Assembly (NCBI RefSeq): GCF_001194135.2
Contig: NC_068984.1
Coordinates: forward strand, 6,261,058 to 6,325,057
Length of the DNA: 64,000 bases
DNA from: Octopus bimaculoides
Taxonomy: Eukaryota
Direction: 5' to 3'
Numbering within the stretch: the first letter of the stretch is position 1; each line of letters begins with the position of its first letter. The position numbers were made by a program, and so were the translations under genes. The notes beneath the pieces were generated by a model. It saw nothing but the letters and a program-made list of their open reading frames with translations, searched no databases and had not been told where the DNA came from. Below, piece after piece: positions 9,461-22,630 of this stretch.

Positions 9461-12289
9461 GTGGAAACTTTTTTAAGTAATTCAATTGTATGTTTCAATT
9501 TAATAAAGTGTTTCCTTTTAATATGTAGATATCAGTCCTGATACATAACCATATTTGTTTAGTTCCTTATGCCCTGTCACTCCTCCTCCTCTTCTCTCTT
9601 ATTAATAAAAAAAAAAACTAACAAAAACAAGAAAAGGTAATAACACCACAGCAAGTATGAGAACTTATTTAAATATCAGTAGTCATGGAAAGCTGACAGA
9701 TATGACAAAAGCCGATGTAGAAAATGTTTTGAAACCTAGTTTGGTTACACAGAATAGCTATTGGGACTGACACCAAATATCTATAACATTGTTATTGCCG
9801 ATGTTTGCATCAAGGAATACAATATAGGATTCCAAGTAAATTGCAACTCTGATAAAATATAAAACTGAGATAATTAAAAAAATACAATATTAGCTTAATT
9901 TCTGAAAGAAACCATTTCATTTCAAATGATATAGCTTTATTGTTTTCTTTTACAATATTTTTTTCTTTATTCCCTATATATTCCACTTGGTGAAGCATAA
10001 TGACCAAATGGGTTTAGTGTGAAACTCACTTTTATAAATTCACATCTTAAAAGCACTAGAGATTTTATTGAAAAGAATGTAATAACACCACTGTTACACA
10101 GACACTATCATGTTGTACTAAACATATAAACAGCTCTTTAAACATTACGTACACTCTTTTGAACCAGCAAGAGAGCTTCTACATATTTGCTTCACCTGTT
10201 AACAGTCACATCTCCCTCAAATCATATTGGGAATTATAGTTTCTGATAGAGAAAAAAAGAACGAGATTGTCAGTAGGGACACCTTTGAGCAGAGATCTGT
10301 TGAATGAGGGATGAGTGGGGATAAGCAACAATAAGATGCCCACTTTCATTTCCAATTCTGTTGTATGTACAAATAAATGTATTTGACAGTATAGTATTAA
10401 CACCAATTTCTAAATTTTCAAACATAAAGAGCAATTAGGTTGGTCTCTATTTTTTGAGTAAGACACTATAGGGATAGAGGAAATGATAGAATGGCATTTA
10501 TAACCTGTTGACCTTGGCAAATTCTAAAGTTACCAAAGCACTGAAGAGAATAAAGTGTTGAACTGAGTCTGTGTTAGAGTCAACTTAATCACAAACTAAG
10601 ATATAGAGGAGAGAAGAGATAAATATTGAGCTGGCTGGAAGTTAGCCAGTAAGGTGATTTACAGTTGCAAGATAAAAAGCTGCCTTATTCAGTCTTTCTC
10701 CTTTACATCTGACTGTTTGTTTCACTCTGTCTTAAGCTTTATTGACCAATACCATCCATAAATTTCATTTTGTACAAAGATACTTGGAAAAATACTCAAC
10801 TTTCAAGTCCCTTTACCTCTTATACACATCATGTTTTTGTCTGCAAGGTGTAACAGCTATTACAAGTGTTTAAGTACTTCAAGCAATTAGCTCATTCTCA
10901 ACAGTATTTACAGATACAATAGCTACTACATGTGTTAGCCATTACCAATACTACAAGCAGCAGTAGCAGCAGCAGTTAATGTTTTGAACATGTTCACTCA
11001 ATGATAGATTGCTTACAAGTAGCCATTAGTGATATTACCAGTGGTGGTGTCTTGAAAGGGTTAACTAAAATGGCAATTGGAGTTATAGCTAAACATGTTT
11101 GACCATTAGACATGTAATGATCATTTAAAAATAGTGTCAGCAACTATAAGTTTTAACAAAGTAAAATTCTGGTAGTCATCAATAAAAAATAAAAAAATAA
11201 GAAGTGTGAACAGGTAAAGTGTTCTTCTCTACAATAACTTGGGCAAAATGTGTGATTTTAAGGCATTTTACCTAATTATTAATTAACATTTTTTGTTTTG
11301 TTGGTATCCTTTTGCAAGGGTAAACTGACAATATTTAACAAGGTGCAGTGTGTTTTTCAAACATTATAGCCCAAAGGTATTCTAATTTATTATATAACAA
11401 TACAGCTTGAGTTTTCTGACCCATATTTTCAGTTCCTTATTCACTGCTTCATACTGACTTTGAGTGACAAGAAGTGGATTCAAGTAATACTCATGTCTTT
11501 AGAATGTGTATCATTATTTGAGTAACAACTTCTAATTTATTTTTATATTCCTTTAGTTAAATACGTCATCAATAAATCAAATTATTTCTTTCAATATATA
11601 TATCATTCTCTAAGAAGAGAGATAAATAGGGTTGAACTGAGATACTTGAAGTTAATATGAAAAGCCCTTAGGTGAGTAGAAACAGCTAGTGGTGATTGTC
11701 AGAGATTCAATAGATTGATACAACATATATGTGGGAAGTGAACAATGGATAGTAGAAGTAAATGTAAAATGTTAATAAATAAAGTAAAATCTTCCTCAGC
11801 TTCAAGGAGCTTTTGGATATTGCAGTTCAGTTCCTGTTTCACATGTTAAGCAGATATGAGAATATATTTTTGCCATCGATGTTTCCACTTTATAATGTTG
11901 CCTAATAATCTCTTTACCTTATTCTTAACAATTGAGAAGTAACTTAATGGACAGAGTAATCAGATGAATAGAGGTATTTGGTGAAAATATATATGTAGCT
12001 GGGTGTATTTAAGGAAATTAAATGGTGCAAATATAGAGATAGCTGTAATTATAGGTAGTAATGGAAATAGGTAAGTTTCAATGATTTGTGATAACCAAAG
12101 GCCTTAATGTTTATAGTTTTGTTTATTCTTTAATCTAAAAGAGAGGAGCAGTACCCATGGCATACTGAATTTGTTGTATACTAGGCTTAGGGAGAACTGA
12201 GGTTTGTGCAGTGTTTTCTTGGAATTGTTGCATTAGTGTATGCAACATAGAGGGAAATTTCCTGAAGAATCTCTCATCTCATCTAGGTC

Positions 12290-12860
12290 ATCCCACAGGA
12301 TGCCCCTTTCATAGGGGTTCTGGTGGTGCATACTATAGGAGTCACAGGGACTGATTCATGTGGTCATGCAGTTTCCATCTAACTAGGAATATTAGGGTCC
12401 CATCCATAGTCTTGTATTCAAGATCCTCTGCATGAGATCCTGCTAGTTCAAAGCCAGGAATCTGATCTGTTAGGTCCTGCCAATAACTAAATCTACGCCC
12501 TGTTGCCAATGCTTCTATTTATTGTCATTAAAGTTTTGTATGTCTGCTACCCTTTGACCTGTCTGGTCTGGTAAGACCTGCCTGAAGGTTTCTCTCCCAC
12601 CAGCATACCTCTCCCGGTCAATGGAGCACACAGGCACTTCACTGTGACAAGGTACTTGTTGAATTAGCCATTGACTACACAGTAGTTCTTCTGCCCTTTG
12701 ACAGGTCTTATTTTTCGTCCCACTGAGTGTTCAACAATCATCATCCTCACCAAGCAGGCTTGATGGGGTTGCCAGTTTAGTCGCCAACGACTTGACCATG
12801 CGACAGGTTGTACTGGGCTACATGTTACCAGTACCGCTCAAGAGTATTTAATATGAGACC
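12290..12860 (-). mobile_element. 5' UTR remnant of an RTE-like LINE
   Basis: Minus strand CCTTGTCACAGTGAAGTGCCTGTGTGCTCCATTGACC...GGTCTTACCAGACCAGACAGGTCAAAGGG resembles the RTE/Expander 5' UTR motif as I recall it; no ORF retained. Confidence 0.5.
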
Positions 12861-14139
12861 TAAGGTCCAGTAAAATTTACTGGTAATTGATAAGTGAACG
12901 TATAAAGAACAAGTTTGGGAAGGAACAGTATAAAATCAGCAAGTTTAGAAGAACTGAGATGTTATAGAAACGAAAAGACCAGCATTGGAAAGTATGTTTC
13001 CCTATTAGGTAGATGTTTGTCTCTTGGATGAATGTGCACATGTGTGAATGTGTGTGTGGGGAGGAGTATCATTAGCTGGTAGGTAAAAAGTGAAGCAATA
13101 ATGAAGAAATATATTCTAGAAGAAAACATCAAATTAAACAGTAATTAAGATGCGCTTGACAGTTCAAGACAGACATAGATAAAGCCTTGGTAATCGTACT
13201 CTCACATGGTCATTCTAAGATGGAATTGTATCACAAACTTTATCGCTGTCCCTTAAGTCTTATTGCATTAGAAAATTACCTCAATTACTTGAAAGCAATT
13301 TTCTGCAGCTGTTACAATGATCAAAAGAGAGAAGAAAATGTGTTTGCTTCAGAGCAACTGTTGTCTACAATATTAGGTAGAAACACTGTACCAGCTGTTG
13401 CCATGGGAACATGATGATGATGATGATGATGGTGATGATGATAATAATCATAATTTCACTGAACTAGTTTCTACATTACACACAAAACTATATTTATTTA
13501 CGCATATACATACATGACGATAGATGTATATAGATAGGTAGGTAAGTAGTAGATAACTAGACGGATAGAATGGTCGATTGATTGCTGAATAGATGAGACA
13601 AATATGAATACTGCTACAATATATATACATATCAAAAGGTAATTTTTATATCCAACTTAACACGAATGCCTTGTTGGAACACTGAATACTGCATTATTAA
13701 CCTTGAAATATCCTCTCATACACACACTTGAGGCATAAAAGCACACAAATAGATCATAGCAGACACAAATTGTCTGTCCTGGATACAAGAATTTCCAGAG
13801 AGTTCAATCTTGCTGCTACAATATATAGAATATCAGCATCATTTCAAACACTGACGTCACAAATAACCAGCAGGCCTATGGAAAATTAATTATTAGCAAT
13901 AAAAGCAGTATTGCTACCAAAAGTTAATCTTCATATCCAACTTAACATGGATGTCTAGAAAATCCCAGCGCCCATGACTTGTCTGCTATGATCTATGTGT
14001 GTTCTTTTAAGCACCAAGCACCTATGTGAGTTGATCTTTCAAGGCTAATAATGCAGTAGTTGGTGTTCTAACAAGCCGTCCATGTTTAGTTGGATATAAA
14101 GATTAAATATTACAACTGCTTCCATCAATAACAATATAT

Positions 14140-14490
14140 AAAAAGTGTAAGATGTGGTGTGCAAAGGAGATGACTGCGTTGGTATGGTCATGTGATGTGT
14201 ATGGATGTGGTCATCTGTATGAAGAAGTGCCAATCTCTACTAGTGGAAGGAAGCTGTGGAAGATGGAGACCCAGGAAGACATGGGATGAAGTGGTGAAGT
14301 ATGATCTTTAAAAGTTGGGCGTTACAGAAGCAATGACGATATGCCATGCTTGTGAAGACTTGTCAAGCCAAGTGAAATCATAGTTGTGGTTGTTGTCGGT
14401 GTCACATAACTGGCACCCATGCCAGTGGCACATAAAAAGCACCTTTCGAGTGTTAGGCCGCACAGAAGCAATGTGGCTAATGCTGGTGTC
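14140..14490 (+). mobile_element. RTE LINE ORF2 C-terminus plus 3' UTR fragment
   Basis: LRWYGHVMCMD...KKCQSLLVEGSCGRWRPRKTWDEVVKYDL, typical RTE/BovB-type C-terminus. Confidence 0.85.
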
Positions 14491-14789
14491 ACAGTTTACA
14501 TAAAAGTGTTCAAAATAGGCAGTAAAATAAGTTCATAATTGTTTATAAGTTCATCAGAAATCATAATTGTTGATAAGCAAATACACAGAAAGAATTTGTA
14601 GACAGTAATTGATAGTAGAAAGCATGTATTGTTTTATCAACAGTTCATCAGAAACAATAACTGTATATAAGGATTTTAGAGATATGACCAAACTTTTTTC
14701 TTCATCTCCAAGACTGAATCGTTATAAACAATTATGATTTCTGATGAACTTATTTTGCTGCTTATTTTGAACACTTTTATGTAAATTGT
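14491..14789. mobile_element. MITE-like element with ~60-bp terminal inverted repeats
   Basis: Left ACAGTTTACATAAAAGTGTTCAAAATAGGCAG versus reverse complement of right end ACAATTTACATAAAAGTGTTCAAAATAAGCAG; further shared TTCATCAGAAATCATAATTGTT; TSD not clear. Confidence 0.7.
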
Positions 14790-15035
14790 TTAAACACAAA
14801 GCCTCTCTTAACATTTTCTTATCATTGTCAAAGACTCTATCACTGTATTTTAATACATCTATGCTAACTAATCTTTAACACCACAAAGGCTACACAAAGT
14901 CCTGCACTTTACTTTTGAAAATCTCTTTTTAAAAAAAGTGAAACCAGTCAAGTCAATAAACATCTTTAAAAGACCTCTGCATTTTCAAATCCTCTTCCTT
15001 ATATATTTTCACTCATGCAGTACCTTCCACTTTTA

Positions 15036-15036
15036 C

Positions 15037-15067
<31 letters not shown>

Positions 15068-15155
15068 TTACATACAAACATATGTGTGTGTGCAAGTGTG
15101 TGTTGTGTGTGTGTTGTGTGTGTGTGTGTGCGTGTGCGTGCGTGCATGTGTGTGT
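15036..15155. repeat. (TA)n and (TG)n microsatellites
   Basis: Direct reading. Confidence 0.9.
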
Positions 15156-16243
15156 ATTCTTTCCAAGTTTTTTATAATCCACACTTGAAACAATTATCCT
15201 TCCTCTTTCTCTTTCACAACAGCTTCCCACTTAGCAGCATTCATAAATAAGTTATCCTACATTTTGAAAGAACCATATTTATTACTTAAACTTCTTACCA
15301 AGCCAGTTTGTCATGCAAATAAATCTCGTTTTTTTTATATAGCTTAGTTAGGAGGAAGGGCAGTGCCTATGACTTTCTCCCTGAGTCTCTCAAACTGGCG
15401 GATGAAAAGGGAGAAAAATCCATACCCTTCAATGTTCAAGTGTTGCTGTAGTAGGGAGCAAGTACATAATGGTATTGAGGACTCCTCAAACTGGACACAT
15501 GGACCAAATGCTTTGGTCCAAATGGATTTTGCAAAGTGGTGCTGTCAAACAGAGTGACAGATTGAGTTTACTACCTATTTACATATTAATGCATGCTTAA
15601 AACATTCCTGTCTTGTCATTGGTGTTATCTAGATCACTTCCATGTTTCATTAACATAAAAATTCACAGCTCATATACAAATTACAAAGTTATTATCAATA
15701 AAGATCAAGAACATCTGTTGTTGCTGTAAGTAGTCAGTCAGTCCTGACAGAGCAAACTTATAATAAAAAATATTCCAGATGTGACCATTTCAGTTTTCTG
15801 AAAACACAGGACTTTTAAGTGTGGCCTTCACCTTTCAAGACAGTAGAGCATAATTTGAATGAGATTTACTTACTTTGACTAGCAGGTCAATGGGACATTC
15901 CATTATTGGTTTGTCAAGTCACTATGAAAGTAGAAAATGTCTTAAGTTTTTCTATCTCATATTTATCCTAATCACAACTAAAATTAAGGTAGTTAGAAAA
16001 TATTTACTATTTCCACAAGGATATCTATAATGCAATAATCTCTCCTTGGTGCCTGCTGTTATTGCAAGCTTCATTAATACATCTAATACTTCAACAGTTC
16101 TGATTTTACATCCGCCAATCAAAACTTGTGTATGCTGCAGTGCTGTAGATATAGAAGCTGATCAACATACCACAAATAAACACATACACACACACACACA
16201 CACTTGGGATCTTAGTTTTGCAAGCTGTACGGCAATCTCATTA

Positions 16244-16417
16244 GTGCTGGTGGCATGAAAAAGGCACCCAGTACACACTATAAAGTGGTTGGCATTAGAA
16301 AGGGCATCTGGTGGTAGAGACCATGCCAAAGCAGACATGAAGCACAATACGGTCCTTGGACTGGTCAGGCTGTCCTATCTATGCCAGCATGGAACATACA
16401 CATTAAATGATGATGAT
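16244..16417 (+). mobile_element. RTE LINE 3' UTR end
   Basis: GCTGGTGGCATGAAAAAGGCACCCAGTACAC...GAAAGGGCATC...TTAAATGATGATG. Confidence 0.85.
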
Positions 16418-16689
16418 TTGGAGTGTAGAGTTTGTAATGTCTGCATTTGGGTCTCTCTCAACTATAAAGTTCAATTAAGTTTCCATATTGCTCACCCTAA
16501 CATCTTTTATTCACTCCCTCTCCTAGCAATACATATCCCTACAAGCACTATTTCTCTCACAACATGCCACCTGTATAATGAGACATGCCTTTCCACTGGA
16601 TCTGTTGATATTTAATCCCCATCTTACACCCATTTTTATTGCTAGCTATCACACTCTTCTATTCCTCCTTTCTCTATCCTTCATCTCTT

Positions 16690-16960
16690 ACTACCATTCT
16701 GGTACGGTTTGGCAGGTTCTCTCCTGCACCTCATATAACCAATCACTGCAGTCCTTTGTCATCTTTATGAGGCTCAACATCCTAAGATCAGTCTTCAATG
16801 CTTCTTCCCATGTCTTCTTAGGCCTTCCTCTTCCATAGGCTCCATTCACTTTCAGTGTCCTGCATTTCTTTGTACAGCTGTCACCCTCTATATGCACCAT
16901 ATATCACCACAGCCTTCTCTCTTGCATGCTACATCTGACCCATTTAAATCCAGCTTTTCT
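16690..16960 (-). mobile_element. RTE LINE ORF2 C-terminal fragment
   Basis: ORF 16691-16900: EGDSCTKKCRTLKVNGAYGRGRPKKTWEEALKTDL. Confidence 0.85.
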
Positions 16961-19337
16961 CTTGGCTTGTTTCATACTCTATGAACACTAATATTGCACA
17001 GTCAGTGGAACATGCTCATTTCATTTCTTTCTAACCTTTGCAGACATCATAAAGTCTAAAGGAACTTTAGAGTTGTTGAGATGACAACCTCCTTAGGGCT
17101 AGTATCATGATAAAATGCATTACATTAACTCTGTGGAGTGGTTGATGTTAGGAAGGGTGTCAATCCATAAAGACAATGCTAAAATGAAAATAAACTAGTG
17201 TGGCATATTCCACAAAGTGCATGCCACACTAAACTGTTCTCATTTTGCTAGATAATGACAAACCTGTGCCAGTATGGAAAGAAGATATAAAATGGTGATT
17301 ATGGTGATGATGATGATGGTGATGGTGATAGTAATGATGTATCCTGTTTTACTCAAAACAGTACAAAAATTAAAGGTACACATGGTTGCTATATCTAGTA
17401 GGCAGATCAACCATATAGAGGCCCTCTATATGGTTATATATATCATATATATCCTTAACTAGAAATGGATGAAAGACCCTCTATTGTTTTGTATACACAC
17501 ACACAAACACACACACACACACATACACACACACTCCATGCAAACCTACATATACATATCTTACAAACACCTAGTTTCATTCATTCATTTACATCTAGAT
17601 TATATCCTTCTAACACCCCATAACCAAAATGTCTTCTTTCTGCAAAGTCTCAAACAATATTTATCTTGACACATCTTTATAAATAATAGCTTTGAAATAA
17701 TAGGAAGGGAATTCTCTCTATAGAAACTGATTCTACAAAGAATGTTCCTTGTTTACTCTCTTTCCAAATTTACAACTACTAAATCAAACACCTAACCAGG
17801 CACTAAACTTCCACCACCACCACCACCACCACCACTACCACCACCATCATAACCCCAACCTCAATAATAACATCACATCTTTGTTTCAGATGTTTCCTGA
17901 AAATAATTTCATTAAAAAAATGAGCATTAGTGTCAATTTTATTAACAAATATTGGCCGAGTTTCAAGTCAATAAAACATCATTTTATCAATGAGGAGCAA
18001 GAGAAGAAGGGAAAGGGAGAGAGAGGGAGAAAGAAACAAGAGAAGAAGAGGATGAAAGAGACAGGGTGGAATGGAAAGGTAGGGTAGAAGGAAGGCTTAA
18101 TATATATCTTCCATCATTTATTATATTCCTTTCTGTTTTGATATTTTTTTTTAATTCTTCTGCCAAAATCTGTGCCACTCAAATAAACATTGGTTAAACA
18201 GCTTTGAGTAGCAACATTTTGTATAAGCTTATGTAAAATGGAAACAAGGTATAGATGTTCATAAAGACATATTTACACTGTTTAAGGTCAAGTGTTTATT
18301 GTGTATATGAGAATTCTAACAGGGTGTTATTGATTTATGACAAGGAGTATTATTTTACTTTATCTCTTTGTTCATTTGCCATGTTAATTTTTTGCTTCCT
18401 TCTGTTTATAAAAGAAAGGATAAAGGTTCTTTGAGAGTTTCCTTGGAAGTCCTGATGTATGAATTTGAGTATATATTAGCTGTTGAGACATTAGGGCTCA
18501 GGAATAGATTCTTTAGGGCTAGGTAGTGTGTGGGTTTTGCAATTCACTGAGGTTCTGGACCACCAGGTGAAGTGTCAGCATTTATAATCATGTTGTAAGC
18601 ATTCTACAGTGTTTATGAAACTCCTATTAATATAGTCCAAATAATTAACTGTAAATATAAACCATATGTTGTTGCTTAGTTCCAGCCAGTCCTGGCTGAG
18701 CAAACGTATGCTCTATCTATAATTATCCCATCTTTCTATTGGTATTGCATACCTATTGCATGTCTAGAACTCTACTATTCAAAATTTTTTTGGTCATTTT
18801 TAAGGCTGTAAAGTGGGACTTGGCAGCAATTTCTATCCACACAGAAGCTCCCTCACTAGCAAACAGCAGAAGCACTACACAATGGAGATGTGTTACATTA
18901 ACTTGCAGTGCTAAATTCAATTTGGTTTATGTAATTTGGAGCAGAATAAACTCTACATATTATATCCTCAATGGTACCACTACATTCTGCTACATTACAG
19001 AATTTACCTTCATTACCACTCTTGTCTTTCACTTTAAAATATTTGTTAATAGTATTGATAAAGCACAGCATTTGATATTTAAATGATTCATTATATAAAG
19101 TCAGGGAACATAGTGTTTACATACATGTCATTTTGATATTACAGGCTACTCTTCAAAACTAAAGTATTTACTATTCATATTTTAGGAAAATCAAACACAT
19201 TTCTTCAAGATTTTATTAATCCTAGTAACCCTGGTCACAATAATAATCATTAATCCCAGGTTAACTATAACTGGGCAGACCTATGATCTAAGGCATGGCT
19301 CTTCTATTATTTTAGATGTATCTGCGATTATATTATT

Positions 19338-19610
19338 TAATATGCTGGTGCCACATAAAAAGCACTTGTACTGCCGTCACATAAAAGCACAAGTGTCAGC
19401 GCCACATAAAAGGACATATACCAGTGCCTTGTCAGTGCCATGAAAAAAGCACCCAGTACACTCTGTAAAGGGGTTGGTGTTAGGAAGGGCATCCAGCTGT
19501 AGAAACCATGCCAAAGTAGACAACTGGAGCCCTGCAGCTGGTTAACTCCTGTCACACTGTCCAGCCCATGTCGGCATCATAAATGGATGTTAAATGATGA
19601 TGATGATGAT
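19338..19610 (+). mobile_element. RTE LINE 3' UTR end
   Basis: Three GCCACATAAAAAGCAC-type modules, TTAGGAAGGGCATCCAGCTGTAGAAAC, (GAT)n tail. Confidence 0.85.
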
Positions 19611-19780
19611 AACCTTTTCCTTTTTAAAAATAGTAGAGTTGTTATCTTTTATTTTTAACAAATCAAGTGACTATGTATTTTTTTTTTTTTGTCACTGGCT
19701 CTTCATCTTAATATTGCTATAATTGCACAGCAAGGTAGTCGCTATAAGGAAACTCCATTTGTTAAAACTAGTTACAAAAT

Positions 19781-19980
19781 CTCCAAGAAATCACAGCCCC
19801 ACCTCTTAAAAAAGGAAAACACACATTGAATAATATAGTTCAATGGATAATCGTCATCATCATCATTATCATTTAATGTCTGTGTTAAATGATGATGATG
19901 ACAATGAGGATTATCCATTGAACTATATTATTCAATGTGTCTTTTCCTTTTTTAAGAGGTGAGGGTGTGATTTCTTGGAG
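19781..19980. repeat. 200-bp near-perfect inverted repeat (96-bp arms, 8-nt loop)
   Basis: 19781-19876 versus reverse complement of 19885-19980: gapless, 89/96 identical by hand count. Confidence 0.95.
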
Positions 19981-21869
19981 CTTTTATAACTTCAAAATAC
20001 TATAAATGGAAAAGTGGATAATCACAGTTGAAATGCTTTTCAACAAAGGTGAACTAGGTCAGGGTTGATGTGGTGGTACAAACAACTAACGCTGAGCAAT
20101 TATTGTCATTGTTTATATTCTCATTATCATCCAAAATGTACTCATCCCCATAAGCAATAACACACCATCATTTCAATGATTATGTCACCCTCTCCATCTT
20201 CACCTTCTTCACTGTTATATTACTAACTTAAGCTGTCTAAATGCACATTTTGCACCATCTACTTCGATGCCTTGATTATATTGAGTACAAGTCAGGTTGC
20301 AGTTGGTTTTACCATTTATCTCTAAAGGATCAATAAGATCTATAACAGTAATAAACTGGGACTGATTCAACAATCTGTACCACTTATCACAGCAAAAAAT
20401 AAAATATTTTTAAATGTTACAATTTTAAACTTTGTGCCTCATTACAGAGAAAGCCCCTTATTTGTATAAGTCTTATTGCTTTCATTCACAGTGAATATTC
20501 TACTTTACTTCAACACCATGGAGCACTTCTTATTATCACTCAACCTCATAAAATATGTACTAGTTAAGTAATGTGGTGTTTTCATTGACCACCCCCTCTT
20601 AACCAAGTGTTTAAGATAGAAATCATTACCAATAACATCATCATCATCATCATCATCATGAACAACAGAATTGCAATATTTTTTTTTGGAAATCATACAA
20701 GAATGGAGAATTCATTTTCATCCATGAAAACATAAGCAAGCAAACATATATTCTCTCTTTCTCTCTTACTTATTCCCACATTCACTGTGCAGATACACAT
20801 TATTGTGAAAAGTTACAGCATCCATGCATTTGTTTTCAACATCAATAATACAAATGAAGTGGTTCCAACAAGAAACTGAACCTATATTGAAAACTTGGTT
20901 CAACCAGACCAAAGTTTTATAATTTATAACCAAGACATGCATTTATGTACAATTTATGATGTCAATATGCATTTTTATGCACACATACATGAGCATTTTA
21001 CTAACAGTTGTACTTTGGCATAGTTTATGCTTTCTAGAATTAAAAGCATTTCCTTTTGCCAAGCTCAACAAGTTTCTTTTAAGAGGTAGATTCAGTCAAT
21101 TATAAAAATAAGTGATGATTATTATATAAATCTAGGATGGCACCCAAACTAGAACTTCATCAGTTGCAGGCCAACTAGAAAGCTCAACAACAATTCACAT
21201 TGAAATGCTGCTTACATTTCATACACAATGTAGCTGCTGCACAAATATTCAAAATAACATCATACAGCTGTTTGCCGAAACTTCCCTAGCCAGCACACTA
21301 CAACCACTTACCCACAACATATTTCACTTCTCTTTATATCTTTATCACAATAGCTTTGGTTTCTTTGAACCGGCAAGTTATGCACCATGTTGGCCTAAGC
21401 CTCGCTCACATCATCTTAGCTTATCATCTCTAATGTATCATACCCTATAAACCTTACATTAAACGCTGCCTAATCTTTTCTATTCAGAACTGCAGTTCTT
21501 TAGAAGCCCTGACTGCTACATTTTGATTTTAAGCAATTGACCAAAAGTTCAAGTCAGACATTAAACTCATTAACTCACCAGTGTTAGAGTACCTGAAAAG
21601 ATCATGGGAATTTCTCTTGTTTTGTTCATTAAATAATCTTATAAAATAACTTCAACAACAACACAGGTACAATCACACCATGACAATATTAACAATAACA
21701 TTAAAAATAGTACTGTTACTTGCCACTGCTGATGCCATAATCACAACCAGCCATGACCATCACCACTGCTTATGATAACATTAACAATACTGACACCGCC
21801 AGCACCTATGGTAACCTCTACACATTTTGAACCAATGACAATGGTCTAGTAAAAATAACAACTAAAGCG

Positions 21870-22030
21870 CCCTCAAATCCCACTTTATACTATATTAGAA
21901 AAAGGAAGATCTTGTTGGATAATATAGTTCTAGAACGACTATGTCTCAATAGGAAGTGAAATGGTCAAGGCTGAAACGTCCTTGATTATAAAGGTCAGCT
22001 AGATTAGGACTGACCTAGGTTGAACAACAA
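21870..22030 (+). mobile_element. Interspersed repeat family C (SINE-like, (AAC)n tail)
   Basis: CCCTCAAATCCCAC...AAAAAGGAAG...TTGGATAATATAGTTC...ATGGTCAAGGCTG...GACCTAGGTTGAACAACAA; related pieces near 15715, 19790, 24580, 25210, 45060 and 62940. Confidence 0.5.
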
Positions 22031-22529
22031 AACATTTATAAATACTACCTATATTAATTGTCTGACAAGGCTGCTAATTATATGAGATGACAATTGTAGT
22101 ACTTACTTTTCTGAAATGAAAGAAAAAATCAACTGCTGAGATTTGAACACTGAAAATATATGGATAAAACAAAATTCAAGTATTCTGTATTTTTCTATCA
22201 ACTCACTGCCCTTTAAGAAAAAAAAATAAAATAAAATAACGGCAACAATAACAATTTCTATAAAATTCCCTCAGAGAACATTTCTGCCAAAGTAGGAAAG
22301 AATGAAGTAAAGGTAAAATACAATGACAATAAATATTGAAGAAAGTAAAAAAAAAAATCAATTTGAAATAAAATGGCACTTGTTAATGGACCCTATTCTC
22401 TGAATCAAAAATACTGACATCATTAGGTAATGGGTTTTCTGGGACACTATAGACTTCATGTTCACAAATCCTTAGTTTTGCATTGAAAAAAAGCACTTTC
22501 TGTTTTCTATCATTTCTCTCTCCTTCACC

Positions 22530-22630
22530 ATATACTCTCTCATATACACACATACTCTTTCATATACACACATACTCTCTCATATACACACATACTCTCT
22601 TGCATACACACATACTCTCTCAAATACGCA
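22530..22630. repeat. 20-bp tandem repeat CATACTCTCTCATATACACA, ~5 units
   Basis: Direct reading. Confidence 0.85.

Noticed and set aside
12790-12830. Twister ribozyme reading (UAA-CAUG...CAG-UACAAC-CUG...CAUG)
   Set aside because: Loop 4 lacks the GU-NN-CAAGC consensus and the invariant GAG is GUC.
13280-13308. Minus-strand microexon AENCFQVIE (also candidates near 40650, 51400, 51530, 52460, 57130)
   Set aside because: Plausible splice sites but phases do not chain into a recognisable protein; such pseudo-exons are common in AT-rich DNA.
15363-15560. Protein-like fragment AYDFLPESLKLADEKGEKSIPF
   Set aside because: Several stops and no family I can recognise; would need BLASTX.
17749-18087. 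Poly-His ORF, and similar IYIY, VCVC and ERER ORFs throughout
   Set aside because: Microsatellite translations.
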